Made by a program: the position numbers and the translations under genes
Notes under the pieces: model-generated
What the model was told of the DNA's origin: nothing
What the model saw: only the letters and a program-made list of their open reading frames with translations
The model's database searches: none
Part shown: positions 19,725 through 28,086 of the stretch, piece after piece
Layout: each line of letters begins with the position of its first letter
Position numbering within the stretch: the stretch's first letter is position 1
From: Patescibacteria group bacterium
GTDB taxonomy: Bacteria; Patescibacteriota; WWE3; UBA101185; UBA10185
Length of the DNA: 64,000 nucleotides
Direction: 5' to 3'
Assembly (NCBI GenBank): GCA_026004595.1
Contig: BPJL01000004.1
Coordinates: forward strand, 11,919-75,918

Positions 19725-20969
19725 TCAACGGACGATAAGAGGCAGGAAGACCTCGTACATTCCGTTACTAATCGTAGCCGACCAGGTTTGCACGTAAGGC
19801 TGAACGTTCCGGGCGGTAACGGTGATGATTTCGCCGGGTAGAGGCTTTACATTCTTGTGAATCACAACCTCCACTACTCCGGCTCCATCCGCCGCCACAA
19901 CAAACTCCCAGAAACCATCAGGGTTCCACGAAAAAGATCCTGTTCCCCTCGTTATCAATGGGTCTTGTTCCTTTTCGGCGACAACCTGGATAGTGATCTG
20001 CAATCCCGGATCGGTATTAATTACCGGAACAATATCATATGGGTTCGCGGTAACTATGGACAGAGCCGAACCACTCTGCATGGAATACCATTGTTCTGTC
20101 GTGTTGACCCCACCTCCGAGACTGACAGGACGCTGACCGTTACTCACAGTTGCCTGCCAGAAATAGGAGGCTTGGCCGGGATACCAGGCTGACACAATAA
20201 CTGCGTGACCGGGTAAAGGCCCCACGACCTCAGAGTGGATTACAATTTCCACCACCCCGTCAGGATCAGACACAACAGAGAATTCCCAATACCCGTCGGC
20301 GCTCCATACAAAAGTACCTGTGCCCTTAGTAATAACGGGGTCTTGTTCCTTCTCAGTGACAACCCTCATAATGACATCAGAACCCGGTTCGGAATAAACC
20401 GTCCCGACAATGTCAAAAGAGTTTTCTGTCACAACGTCGATGTTGCCCCCGATCACAGCACTGGTCCAACCATGTGGTGTATTAATACCACCGGCCAGGG
20501 CCAAGGGAGTGTCTCCATTGCTAATCGTAGCCGACCAGGATTGAGTTGGTTGGTCTGCATACCAGGCGTAAACGTATACCGTTTTGCCAGGAAGAGACAC
20601 AACATTATCCATGTGTACCACAACCTCCACCACTCCGGTCTCATCCGCCGACACAACAAACTCCCAGAACCCATCGGAATTCCAAGTGAACGTTCCCGTC
20701 CCCCTGCCGATCCAGGGATCCTGCCCTCGCTCGGTGGCAACCCGAATGGTGACCAATAGTCCCGGTTCGGTATATACCGTTGGAACGATATCGTAAAACC
20801 CAAATTCGGTCACAACATCTAGGCTAGAACCGTCCCGCGCGGAATGCCACTGCTCCTTGGTGTTGACACCACCTTCGAGCACAAAGTTTGCAGCATTAAC
20901 AGTGGGCGGTTTAAACACGACCAAAATCGAAAACAACAAAACAAAAGAAAAAGCTAATCTTGCTTTCAT
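19725..20969 (-). CDS. Secreted protein of three tandem ~125-aa repeats (unknown domain)
   Basis: Signal peptide MKARLAFSFVLLFSILVVFKPPTVNA. Three units share GG[IV]NT.EQW.S....S......N.[FY]DIVP......PG...TI.V..E..QDP.I..GTG.F.W..DG[FY]WEF.V..D..GVVE.V.H. The DNA also repeats with a ~380-nt period (19.85, 20.23 and 20.61 kb). Confidence 0.6.
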   Translation of the reverse strand: MKARLAFSFVLLFSILVVFKPPTVNAANFVLEGGVNTKEQWHSARDGSSLDVVTEFGFYDIVPTVYTEPGLLVTIRVATERGQDPWIGRGTGTFTWNSDGFWEFVVSADETGVVEVVVHMDNVVSLPGKTVYVYAWYADQPTQSWSATISNGDTPLALAGGINTPHGWTSAVIGGNIDVVTENSFDIVGTVYSEPGSDVIMRVVTEKEQDPVITKGTGTFVWSADGYWEFSVVSDPDGVVEIVIHSEVVGPLPGHAVIVSAWYPGQASYFWQATVSNGQRPVSLGGGVNTTEQWYSMQSGSALSIVTANPYDIVPVINTDPGLQITIQVVAEKEQDPLITRGTGSFSWNPDGFWEFVVAADGAGVVEVVIHKNVKPLPGEIITVTARNVQPYVQTWSATISNGMYEVFLPLIVR

Positions 20970-21048
20970 TTCACTCCTCCTAATTTTGGATTTGTTTATT
21001 ATTGGAAAATTTTGCTGATTCTACACCGCAACCCCCCAAAAGTCAAAA

Positions 21049-23367
21049 CTATAGGATTTCAACCAAGGGGTAATAACAGACCGCATTCCCATCATAACAA
21101 ATGAAAAAGTCCCAGTTCTTGTTAAAATTCCTAATGATTTGCTTCTTACTCGTAACCTCAATTTGAATCAAATCTTTCAAGGGTATAGAAACATTTCCTT
21201 TCTTTCCATCCAGCAAAGCAGACTCCCATCTCCAACCGCTATAGGCATAGGCAACATATACAGGATCCTCGAAGCTAGTCAGATAAATTTCAACTTCCCT
21301 GTCATGCAAAACGACTTCAACTGCCCCGTCCAGAGTTGTGAAAGGAGAAAAGTATGATTTGGGACCAAGGCGCCCTTGGAAATAATAATAAGTATCAAAC
21401 GACCCTCTCAAAAGTTCATCGTACTTACTATCTCTAATGAAATGTTGGTCATAATAACGCCACCCATGAAGTTCCTTTATATTCATCTCGTTAACAGGCA
21501 GATCAATCTTAACCTTGCTCACGCCTTCAAGGCTCACCCTCATTTGATTACCTCCCCCCTCGGGATATACCATTTCAACCACATCTCCGCTGTCTTTATA
21601 TAACCTAAATTTAAAAGACCTTCTGGGCAACAATTCTCTATCTAATATCAAATTGTTTCCCATATAAACATTCAAATGTTCTTGATTAAGAATTGGGTTG
21701 TTGTAATTCAGATAATTGTTTCTTTTGTAAAGATATAAAACATTTCCGTCGGGCAGTTCGAATGACTTAACAAGTTCAAAGTCAGGGTGTTCCCCTTCCA
21801 GGAAGTAGCTCACAAACTGCCTCAAAATCGCGATGTTTCTTAGCCCCGGAGGTCCCGGATCTTGCGGTATTAAGGCAAAATCCATCATAGATAGATAATT
21901 TGCCAGTTCTTCTTCACTCATAGCATCGGGACGGTTATATGGAATCATCAGATTCATATCGTAGTATCTGTTTTCCAACAGGAACATATCAAAAGACGCA
22001 ATTGAATAATATCTGTTATCAGATACCTCGAGAACCCTGTATTTACCGTGTATGTTTGGTTCGGCCTGAGCTATCTGATTAATTGTATGTATTATTTCCT
22101 CCCCTCTCCAATCTAGCCCGTTGTACGAATAGGAATACGGCTCGGCAACCCAAGTCATTTTGTAACCGGGGCCTGCAAAAAGGGTTGAAACAAAATACAG
22201 GTTTTTCGGAAGAGTTCGGTATTGGTTAAAAGAGAAAAAGAAGAAGTAAAAAAGAAGGTAAAAACTATAAACCCCTATGCCAATGTTAGGCAAAGTTTTT
22301 GTTGGCCGCATTGTGAAAAAACAGGCTATGGAAAAAGCGAAAAGAGGGGTTAAAGGCAGTATGTACCTAAGGTCCTTATTTTGAATCAGAGTAAGGATAA
22401 GATAGGGAGTGAGGGTCGCCCACAAGACATATTTTCCTAAACTTTTATTTTGCTTAAAAAGAAACATCACGGAAATAACAAATAGAAGCATTGAGACCAT
22501 ACCTATTTGGTGGGTGGTAGAAAGCTTGATGTAGTGAAAAAGACTCTCAAAACTTAAAACTTCAGATGGGTCACCGGCGTCTGCTGTGGACGAAACACGA
22601 ACATTTTCCAATATTGTTTTGAAGTTGACAACATACCAGGGCGCCGCAATAAGAAGCAAGATAATGCCATCCATCATAATGTTTGTCCACCTAATACGGT
22701 CGTGAAGAACCTTTGCTTTTAGCGGTGAGTAAAACACATGGTAAATGAAAGGAAAAGCAAGAAACACAAAAGCGTACCACTTAGTAAGCTGGGCAAAAGC
22801 CAAAAGAAGGAAAAAGAGAACGGAGTGGTATTTATCTATGAGACCGCGTGATTTTATTAAATGGTAAAACGAGCCCAATAACAGAGCGCACAGAGGGATA
22901 TCAAGGTGGTATTGCCTACTCTGCTCCCAAACCTGGGGAAAGAATGAGAAAAAGAGAACGGCTAACACAGCGGTCTTTTTATTTTGGGTTACCTCTTTTG
23001 TTATCAAATACAGGTAGATTTGGGCAATAATTAAAAAAATGCTTCCCAACATAAGAGCAAACTCATAATTTCTACCTATGAAAAGAAAGATGAGACTACC
23101 AAGGAAATGCAAAAGAGGCGGATAATACGTCGACACTTTGATAAGAGACAAAAGATTTGTGTGGCCGCCCAAAAACTCGGGAATTCGATCGGCGTAAATG
23201 TAAGAAAGGACAATGTGCCCCGCGCTGTCCCATGTCGGAGGTGCCGTGTTGACTGTCTGCCAGATTATGTTTAAGGCGAAATGGAAAAGGATTATCGCCG
23301 TCAGCGCGGCAATGTATTTATCTGAAAAAAAGGTTTTTATCTTCTCCGGAAGCTTGTCTGGATACAT
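21049..23367 (-). CDS. Polytopic membrane glycosyltransferase, GT39/PMT/ArnT-like (GT-C fold), with a large extracytoplasmic C-terminal domain
   Basis: N-terminus MYPDKLPEKIKTFFSDKYIAALTAIILFHFALNIIWQTVNTAPPTWDSAGHI resembles PMT_2/ArnT-family glycosyltransferases. About 12 TM helices are followed by a ~400-aa soluble domain. Confidence 0.5.
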   Translation of the reverse strand: MYPDKLPEKIKTFFSDKYIAALTAIILFHFALNIIWQTVNTAPPTWDSAGHIVLSYIYADRIPEFLGGHTNLLSLIKVSTYYPPLLHFLGSLIFLFIGRNYEFALMLGSIFLIIAQIYLYLITKEVTQNKKTAVLAVLFFSFFPQVWEQSRQYHLDIPLCALLLGSFYHLIKSRGLIDKYHSVLFFLLLAFAQLTKWYAFVFLAFPFIYHVFYSPLKAKVLHDRIRWTNIMMDGIILLLIAAPWYVVNFKTILENVRVSSTADAGDPSEVLSFESLFHYIKLSTTHQIGMVSMLLFVISVMFLFKQNKSLGKYVLWATLTPYLILTLIQNKDLRYILPLTPLFAFSIACFFTMRPTKTLPNIGIGVYSFYLLFYFFFFSFNQYRTLPKNLYFVSTLFAGPGYKMTWVAEPYSYSYNGLDWRGEEIIHTINQIAQAEPNIHGKYRVLEVSDNRYYSIASFDMFLLENRYYDMNLMIPYNRPDAMSEEELANYLSMMDFALIPQDPGPPGLRNIAILRQFVSYFLEGEHPDFELVKSFELPDGNVLYLYKRNNYLNYNNPILNQEHLNVYMGNNLILDRELLPRRSFKFRLYKDSGDVVEMVYPEGGGNQMRVSLEGVSKVKIDLPVNEMNIKELHGWRYYDQHFIRDSKYDELLRGSFDTYYYFQGRLGPKSYFSPFTTLDGAVEVVLHDREVEIYLTSFEDPVYVAYAYSGWRWESALLDGKKGNVSIPLKDLIQIEVTSKKQIIRNFNKNWDFFICYDGNAVCYYPLVEIL

Positions 23368-23547
23368 TGAATATATGGTAGCACGAGGGGGCCGGGGGTT
23401 TAATAGGGATTGTCGGCAAAAAAGTACAAAAAAACCGCTGGACGCGGCTACAATAAAAAAATCACCGGAGGGGACAGATATAGAGCCAAAGTCTGAATTA
23501 GACTGGGTTCTTGTTCTGGTCCTCTCCGGTTCGTGCGGGTGTGGGTC

Positions 23548-24285
23548 TTACTTGGCGACGTCCTTAAGTTTGAAGACGCTACCATCGGTAAGCACGGCAA
23601 ATGACAGAGGTTTCTTCTCCGTTGCCTGCTTTTCAATAAGCTTCTCCTTCAGGGCGTCATCGACCGTCTTGTCCAAAGGAACGATGTAGCATTCCACCCA
23701 AACATTGAAGTGTTCGTTTTCTGGATTCCAGGTCGTGGTGACTTTAATAGATTCTGGATCGGTTGTGATGAACCCAGCGGTGAACCCTTTATCTGCAGAC
23801 GCGTAGACTTTCCCAGCAGATTCAGCAGAACCTGGATCGGACGACGCAACACAGATAATGATAGGCTTGCCGTCCTTTTTGTGGATCCCATCCCAGTCCC
23901 GGTTGCCGGTAATAATCGGAAAAGTCACACTTCCGGTATTAACAGCAGGGTAACCAGGATCGATTTCCCACCCCTTAATGAGTTCACCACCGCCAATCTG
24001 AGTGATACTCATAATCATTGGTAGAGACTGGGTGGGAGCCGATTGAGCTACGGAAGCGGGTGCAACTGGCTCAACCTTCTGTTCCACAACGATCTCAGGT
24101 TCAGGTGCAGTTTGCGGAGCTGAGGGGGGAGCTGCTTGTTCAACAGCCTTCGGAACCTCAGCCGCGACAGTAGCTGGTGCTTTTTTTGAAAGCGCACTGA
24201 GCACCGCCAAAATCACAACACACAGGACAATTGCCGCCAAGAAAAAAACTTGGCGTATCGTCCACGGCTTTGCAAAAATCTTCAT
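23548..24285 (-). CDS. Signal-anchored secreted protein with a Pro/Ala-rich linker
   Basis: N-terminal TM/signal anchor, AP-rich spacer (APATVAAEVPKAVEQAAPPSAPQTAPEPE), then a ~150-aa globular domain of unknown family. Confidence 0.5.
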   Translation of the reverse strand: MKIFAKPWTIRQVFFLAAIVLCVVILAVLSALSKKAPATVAAEVPKAVEQAAPPSAPQTAPEPEIVVEQKVEPVAPASVAQSAPTQSLPMIMSITQIGGGELIKGWEIDPGYPAVNTGSVTFPIITGNRDWDGIHKKDGKPIIICVASSDPGSAESAGKVYASADKGFTAGFITTDPESIKVTTTWNPENEHFNVWVECYIVPLDKTVDDALKEKLIEKQATEKKPLSFAVLTDGSVFKLKDVAK

Positions 24286-24724
24286 TTCATCCTCCTTTAG
24301 GTCGGGCTGACAGCCCTTAGATTTATATTGGTTTAAATATTAGATCCCACACACCCCTCCAGCACACATCTCATAACCAAGATATGTACAAAAGGGGTGT
24401 AAGATCCTTCAACGGAATAGCAAAAAAAAGCCAAACCGTCTTAACCAAAAACCAATTATTAAGGAGATTTTCCCACACACGCATTGTCAAAGTACTTTTA
24501 CCGATATTATTCACCGGTAAAAAGCAGCTTTTAGACTGCTAATTTATAAGCCTCGCGGGCGCATAAACCAACAGTCTAACTAAATTGTGTATTCTGGAGA
24601 TTGTTCTAAAAATTTAGCGGTTGTACGTCTCCTTCCAGAACACACTGCATATTAGCAGAAACATGCCTATATGTCAACACTATGGGGCTTCAGGTGGACT
24701 TTAATAGGAGTTTAGAAAAGAACT

Positions 24725-24775
24725 GGTCTACAGATTATCTTTTTGGCGTGTATGCTTTTTGATAATCTGTAGACC
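24725..24775. terminator. Perfect 15-bp inverted repeat (ggtctacagattatc / gataatctgtagacc) with a 21-nt loop; likely terminator of the 24783-25010 gene
   Basis: Seen directly in the sequence. On the minus-strand transcript the stem is followed by a U-rich tract (AGUUCUUUUCU). Confidence 0.5.
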
Positions 24776-24782
24776 GACCAAC

Positions 24783-25010
24783 CTACCCTTTTTTTGCTTT
24801 CTCCTTTTTCATAAACAACTTGATCGTGGCACCCACCATCATTCCAATAAATTGGAGGACGATAGTAGTTGGGTCCCATGAAGGGGCTAGCTGCGGAAAT
24901 AGGAAGACATAGCTTAGCCCTAATAACACTAAGTACACAATTGTCAAAATTATTGACCATCGGTACCCAGCGAAAAACCCAACAACGCCGCCTACGATGA
25001 TATTAAACAT
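24783..25010 (-). CDS. Small (75 aa) two-TM membrane protein
   Basis: MFNIIVGGVVGFFAGYRWSIILTIVYLVLLGLSYVFLFPQ... The ATG at 25010 has a strong SD (AAAGGAGG-N4-ATG); the longer ORF-track start (25025) lies inside that SD. Confidence 0.55.
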   Translation of the reverse strand: MFNIIVGGVVGFFAGYRWSIILTIVYLVLLGLSYVFLFPQLAPSWDPTTIVLQFIGMMVGATIKLFMKKEKAKKG

Positions 25011-25115
25011 GTCTCCTCCTTTCATTTTTCGCCATCATACCATACTATAAGATAGTATGCCAAACCACCTTATGCCTTCTAACTCAGATGAGGAATCACC
25101 CAAACATCAAGCCAA

Positions 25116-25250
25116 TTACATCAAAACCTTACTCAACGCTTCCTCTATCAACTCCCCCAGCGTCATATCGTTTTGTATAGCGTGAACTTGAGCCAGCTTC
25201 TTTAGTGTTTTATCTATTAGAATGGTTGTTTTTACTTTGTTGGTAACCAT
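25116..25250 (-). CDS. Small (44 aa) ribbon-helix-helix (CopG/Arc-like) protein
   Basis: Translation MVTNKVKTTILIDKTLKKLAQVHAIQNDMTLGELIEEALSKVLM shows the beta-strand/helix/helix pattern of RHH antitoxin-type repressors. It falls below the ORF-track size cutoff. Confidence 0.4.
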   Translation of the reverse strand: MVTNKVKTTILIDKTLKKLAQVHAIQNDMTLGELIEEALSKVLM

Positions 25251-25715
25251 AATTTATGTTAAACCAAATACAAAATATCCACATTTCGCAAAGTTATCCA
25301 CATTAAATTTTAACTTATAGGTTTTGCGCCTTTGTGGTTACTACATATAAATGTACAATAGTACATACTTACATAACAGCAACGAACATAATAATATACA
25401 GACAAACCTCTTAACATTTCATAAAAAACGACGTTTAAGCCCAATCTCCATCGCTTGTTATATGTGATAAAAAATGTAGAGTTTTTATAAATCATGCTTC
25501 GTCTGCTCTGAAGCATGGACTTATTGCAGTTAAAGACTGCAAACACGCTTCGATAAAAACACTCTGCGGTTGCCGCTCTGTATGTCGCCTCCATGGAGTG
25601 TTTTTTTATGGCTAAATATTTTGTGCTTTGCTAAATCACCCCTACCCTGGTCAGCCACTTCCCAACTTTATTAGAAATATACTAATCGTGTGAATTCTCT
25701 AAACTACGCGGAATA

Positions 25716-26738
25716 TTAAGAATCAGCAGGTTCTCTACTATCGTTACCGCCTTCTGATATCTTTGAGAAAATAATCTTTCCTGCTGATGATTGAATTACC
25801 TTTGAAACCACGGCCTCAACCTCGCTTCCCAAATGTTTTTTCGCCCCCTCAACTACTATCATTGTGCCGTCCGGCAAATAACCCAAGCCCTGCTCCTTTT
25901 CCTTGCCTTCCTGCAATACCATTACCCTAATCGCCTCCCCTGGCAGCATAACCGTTTTCAAGCTATTTATAAGGTCATTTAGATTCAAGGTTCTTACACC
26001 AGCTACCTGAGCTACCTTATTTAAGTTGAAATCCATAGTCATCAGCCTAAGTCTGTGCTGTTTAGCGAATGAGACAAGCTTGGCATCCACTCCCCTTCCG
26101 TTTGACTTCATTTCAGGAACTATTACGCGACCGTGTCTTTTCAAATCCTTGGCTATGTCCAGGCCTCTCCTGCCTCGTTGTCTTTTTATCTTATCTTTGC
26201 TATCAGCGATAGTTTGAAGCTCGTCCAACACCTCCTGCAATATAACAAAGCGGTTATCAAGAAAGCCTGTTTTCACTATATCCATTATCCTTCCATCAAC
26301 CAAAACCGAGGTATCCAGAACAATGGCGTGTTCAAGCTCTGCTCTTCTCTTTGCCGAGTCTTCCTCAATTTTTCTTCTCTGTTTTTCTCTCCGAGCATCC
26401 TGAATCCTACGAGATTGCTGCTCCCAAAAATTGGTAACTATCTCATTCACAACCTTTCTAATAGTAGCTTCTGTCCAATATTTCGCGCTTATCAAAAAAA
26501 GGGGAAAGACATAGAAACCCACAAGAGCAGAAACCGCCGATACCAAAACTTCAAGAAAGTTGTGGTAACCGAAAAATGGAAGCTCCATGAAAAACGCCGT
26601 ACGTGAAAGGTTAAAGCCAAGAATAGCAAATATGACAAGAAAGCTGACCCTTGCAACAGGGTTAAAAGTTTTTAACTGGGGGATTTCCCTTTTTGTTTGG
26701 TGTTGTTCTGTTGTTGTCTTTTGCTCGTTTTTTTCCAC
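25716..26738 (-). CDS. yacL: YacL-like membrane protein with PIN and TRAM domains
   Basis: N-terminal TM helices; PIN core IVLDTSVLVDGRI...ILQEVLDELQ; C-terminal TRAM-like beta-barrel (GEAIRVMVLQEGKEKEQGLGYLPDGTMIVVEGA). Its position after radA mirrors Firmicutes clpC-radA-(disA)-yacL synteny. Confidence 0.65.
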   Translation of the reverse strand: MEKNEQKTTTEQHQTKREIPQLKTFNPVARVSFLVIFAILGFNLSRTAFFMELPFFGYHNFLEVLVSAVSALVGFYVFPLFLISAKYWTEATIRKVVNEIVTNFWEQQSRRIQDARREKQRRKIEEDSAKRRAELEHAIVLDTSVLVDGRIMDIVKTGFLDNRFVILQEVLDELQTIADSKDKIKRQRGRRGLDIAKDLKRHGRVIVPEMKSNGRGVDAKLVSFAKQHRLRLMTMDFNLNKVAQVAGVRTLNLNDLINSLKTVMLPGEAIRVMVLQEGKEKEQGLGYLPDGTMIVVEGAKKHLGSEVEAVVSKVIQSSAGKIIFSKISEGGNDSREPADS

Positions 26739-28077
26739 TATCTAAATTGTATCCCACGGACAGGCCCTTTGATACCGCTTCTCTTAAATTTTTAACGGTA
26801 TCCGGCGAGATTATACTTTCAAACCCCAACTTTTGAGCTTCCTTAGCTCTTTTTTCAGAATGAGACACCCTTCTTACCTCTCCGTTTAAACCTATTTCGC
26901 CGAATACTACACTTTTTTCCTTTATGGGCAAGTCTTTGACGGAAGATATTACGGCAAGACAAACCGCCAAGTCTGCGGCGTACTCGCTAATCTTGAAACC
27001 TCCGGCAACGTTTAGGTATATATCGTAACCACTTAAATCTATCCCGATTCTTTTTTCTATTGTAGCAACCAAAACCTGAAGGCGATTGGCATTAAAACCG
27101 CTTGCCGTGCGTCTTGGGTAGCCAAAACTTGTTCTGACAGTAAGAGCTTGCACCTCAAACAATAGGGGCCTGTATCCTTCCATGACAACAGTCACACAAG
27201 AACCCGAGGTGCCAAAAACATGTTCTTCCAAAAAAAGCTCCGAAGGATTTTTGACTTCCCTCATTCCTTTTTCCTGCATTTCGAATATGCCAACCTCTGA
27301 AATCGGCCCAAAACGATTTTTAGTAGTGCGAAGCATTCTAAACATATGTTGAGAGTCGCCTTCAAGGTAAAGTATCGTATCAACTATATGCTCTAGAACC
27401 TTAGGCCCGGCAACCATACCCTCTTTGTTAACGTGGCCAACTAAAACAACGGGGACACCCAGGCGTTTTGCAGCCATTGTAATTAATTGGGTGCACCCTC
27501 TAACCTGCGGAAGCGAACCAGAAATCCCCGCTATTTCCTCCGAATAAATGGCTTGCACTGAATCCACGATGACCAAACCAAGATTCTTTGTTGACTCCAT
27601 TGAAGATATAATCTCCTCCACTCCCGCTTCATTAAGCAAATACAAATTCTCGGCAGAATACTCCATTCTTTCGGTTCTTATCTTGATTTGATCCGAACTT
27701 TCTTCGCCCGCTACGTATAATATTTTTTGATCTTTCAGGCTTTTGGCTATGTCGGTTAGCAATGTGCTTTTGCCAATCCCCGGCTCTCCGGCCAAAAGAA
27801 CCACCTGCCCGGGAACAAAACCACCCCCGAGAACTCTATCAAACTCTGAAATATTAGATGACAACCTTTTTATGTTTTTTGCCGAAATTTTAGAAAGCTG
27901 GATTGGAGAGGCGATGCGGCCTTTCCCTGATCGTGACTGGTTTTTTGTCGTTACTCCGGCAACAACCACATCTTCTGCCATAGAATTCCACTCTTTGCAC
28001 TGAGGACACTGCCCAACCCAATGAGAAGACTGGTATCCGCAATTCTGGCAGGTGTAAACGCTTTTTAGTCTAGACAT
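26662..28077 (-). CDS. radA: DNA repair protein RadA/Sms
   Basis: N-terminal C4 zinc finger (CQNCGYQSSHWVGQCPQCKEW), Walker A LAGEPGIGKSTLL, KNRFG motif and a Lon-protease-like C-terminal domain. Confidence 0.85.
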   Translation of the reverse strand: MSRLKSVYTCQNCGYQSSHWVGQCPQCKEWNSMAEDVVVAGVTTKNQSRSGKGRIASPIQLSKISAKNIKRLSSNISEFDRVLGGGFVPGQVVLLAGEPGIGKSTLLTDIAKSLKDQKILYVAGEESSDQIKIRTERMEYSAENLYLLNEAGVEEIISSMESTKNLGLVIVDSVQAIYSEEIAGISGSLPQVRGCTQLITMAAKRLGVPVVLVGHVNKEGMVAGPKVLEHIVDTILYLEGDSQHMFRMLRTTKNRFGPISEVGIFEMQEKGMREVKNPSELFLEEHVFGTSGSCVTVVMEGYRPLLFEVQALTVRTSFGYPRRTASGFNANRLQVLVATIEKRIGIDLSGYDIYLNVAGGFKISEYAADLAVCLAVISSVKDLPIKEKSVVFGEIGLNGEVRRVSHSEKRAKEAQKLGFESIISPDTVKNLREAVSKGLSVGYNLDSGKKRAKDNNRTTPNKKGNPPVKNF

Positions 28078-28086
28078 AAATATATA

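Noticed and set aside
25310-25594. 94-aa minus-strand ORF in the yacL-RHH intergenic region
   Set aside because: Its composition (YYVRCCYVSMYYCTFIC) reflects AT-rich low-complexity DNA and it has no SD or motif. The region is more likely non-coding and possibly carries a small RNA; see the findings.
25559-25607. Strong bidirectional terminator downstream of yacL
   Set aside because: On re-reading, the stem flanking the T7 run is only ~4 bp (actc/gagt) around a 35-nt loop. It is retained only as part of the weak sRNA candidate.
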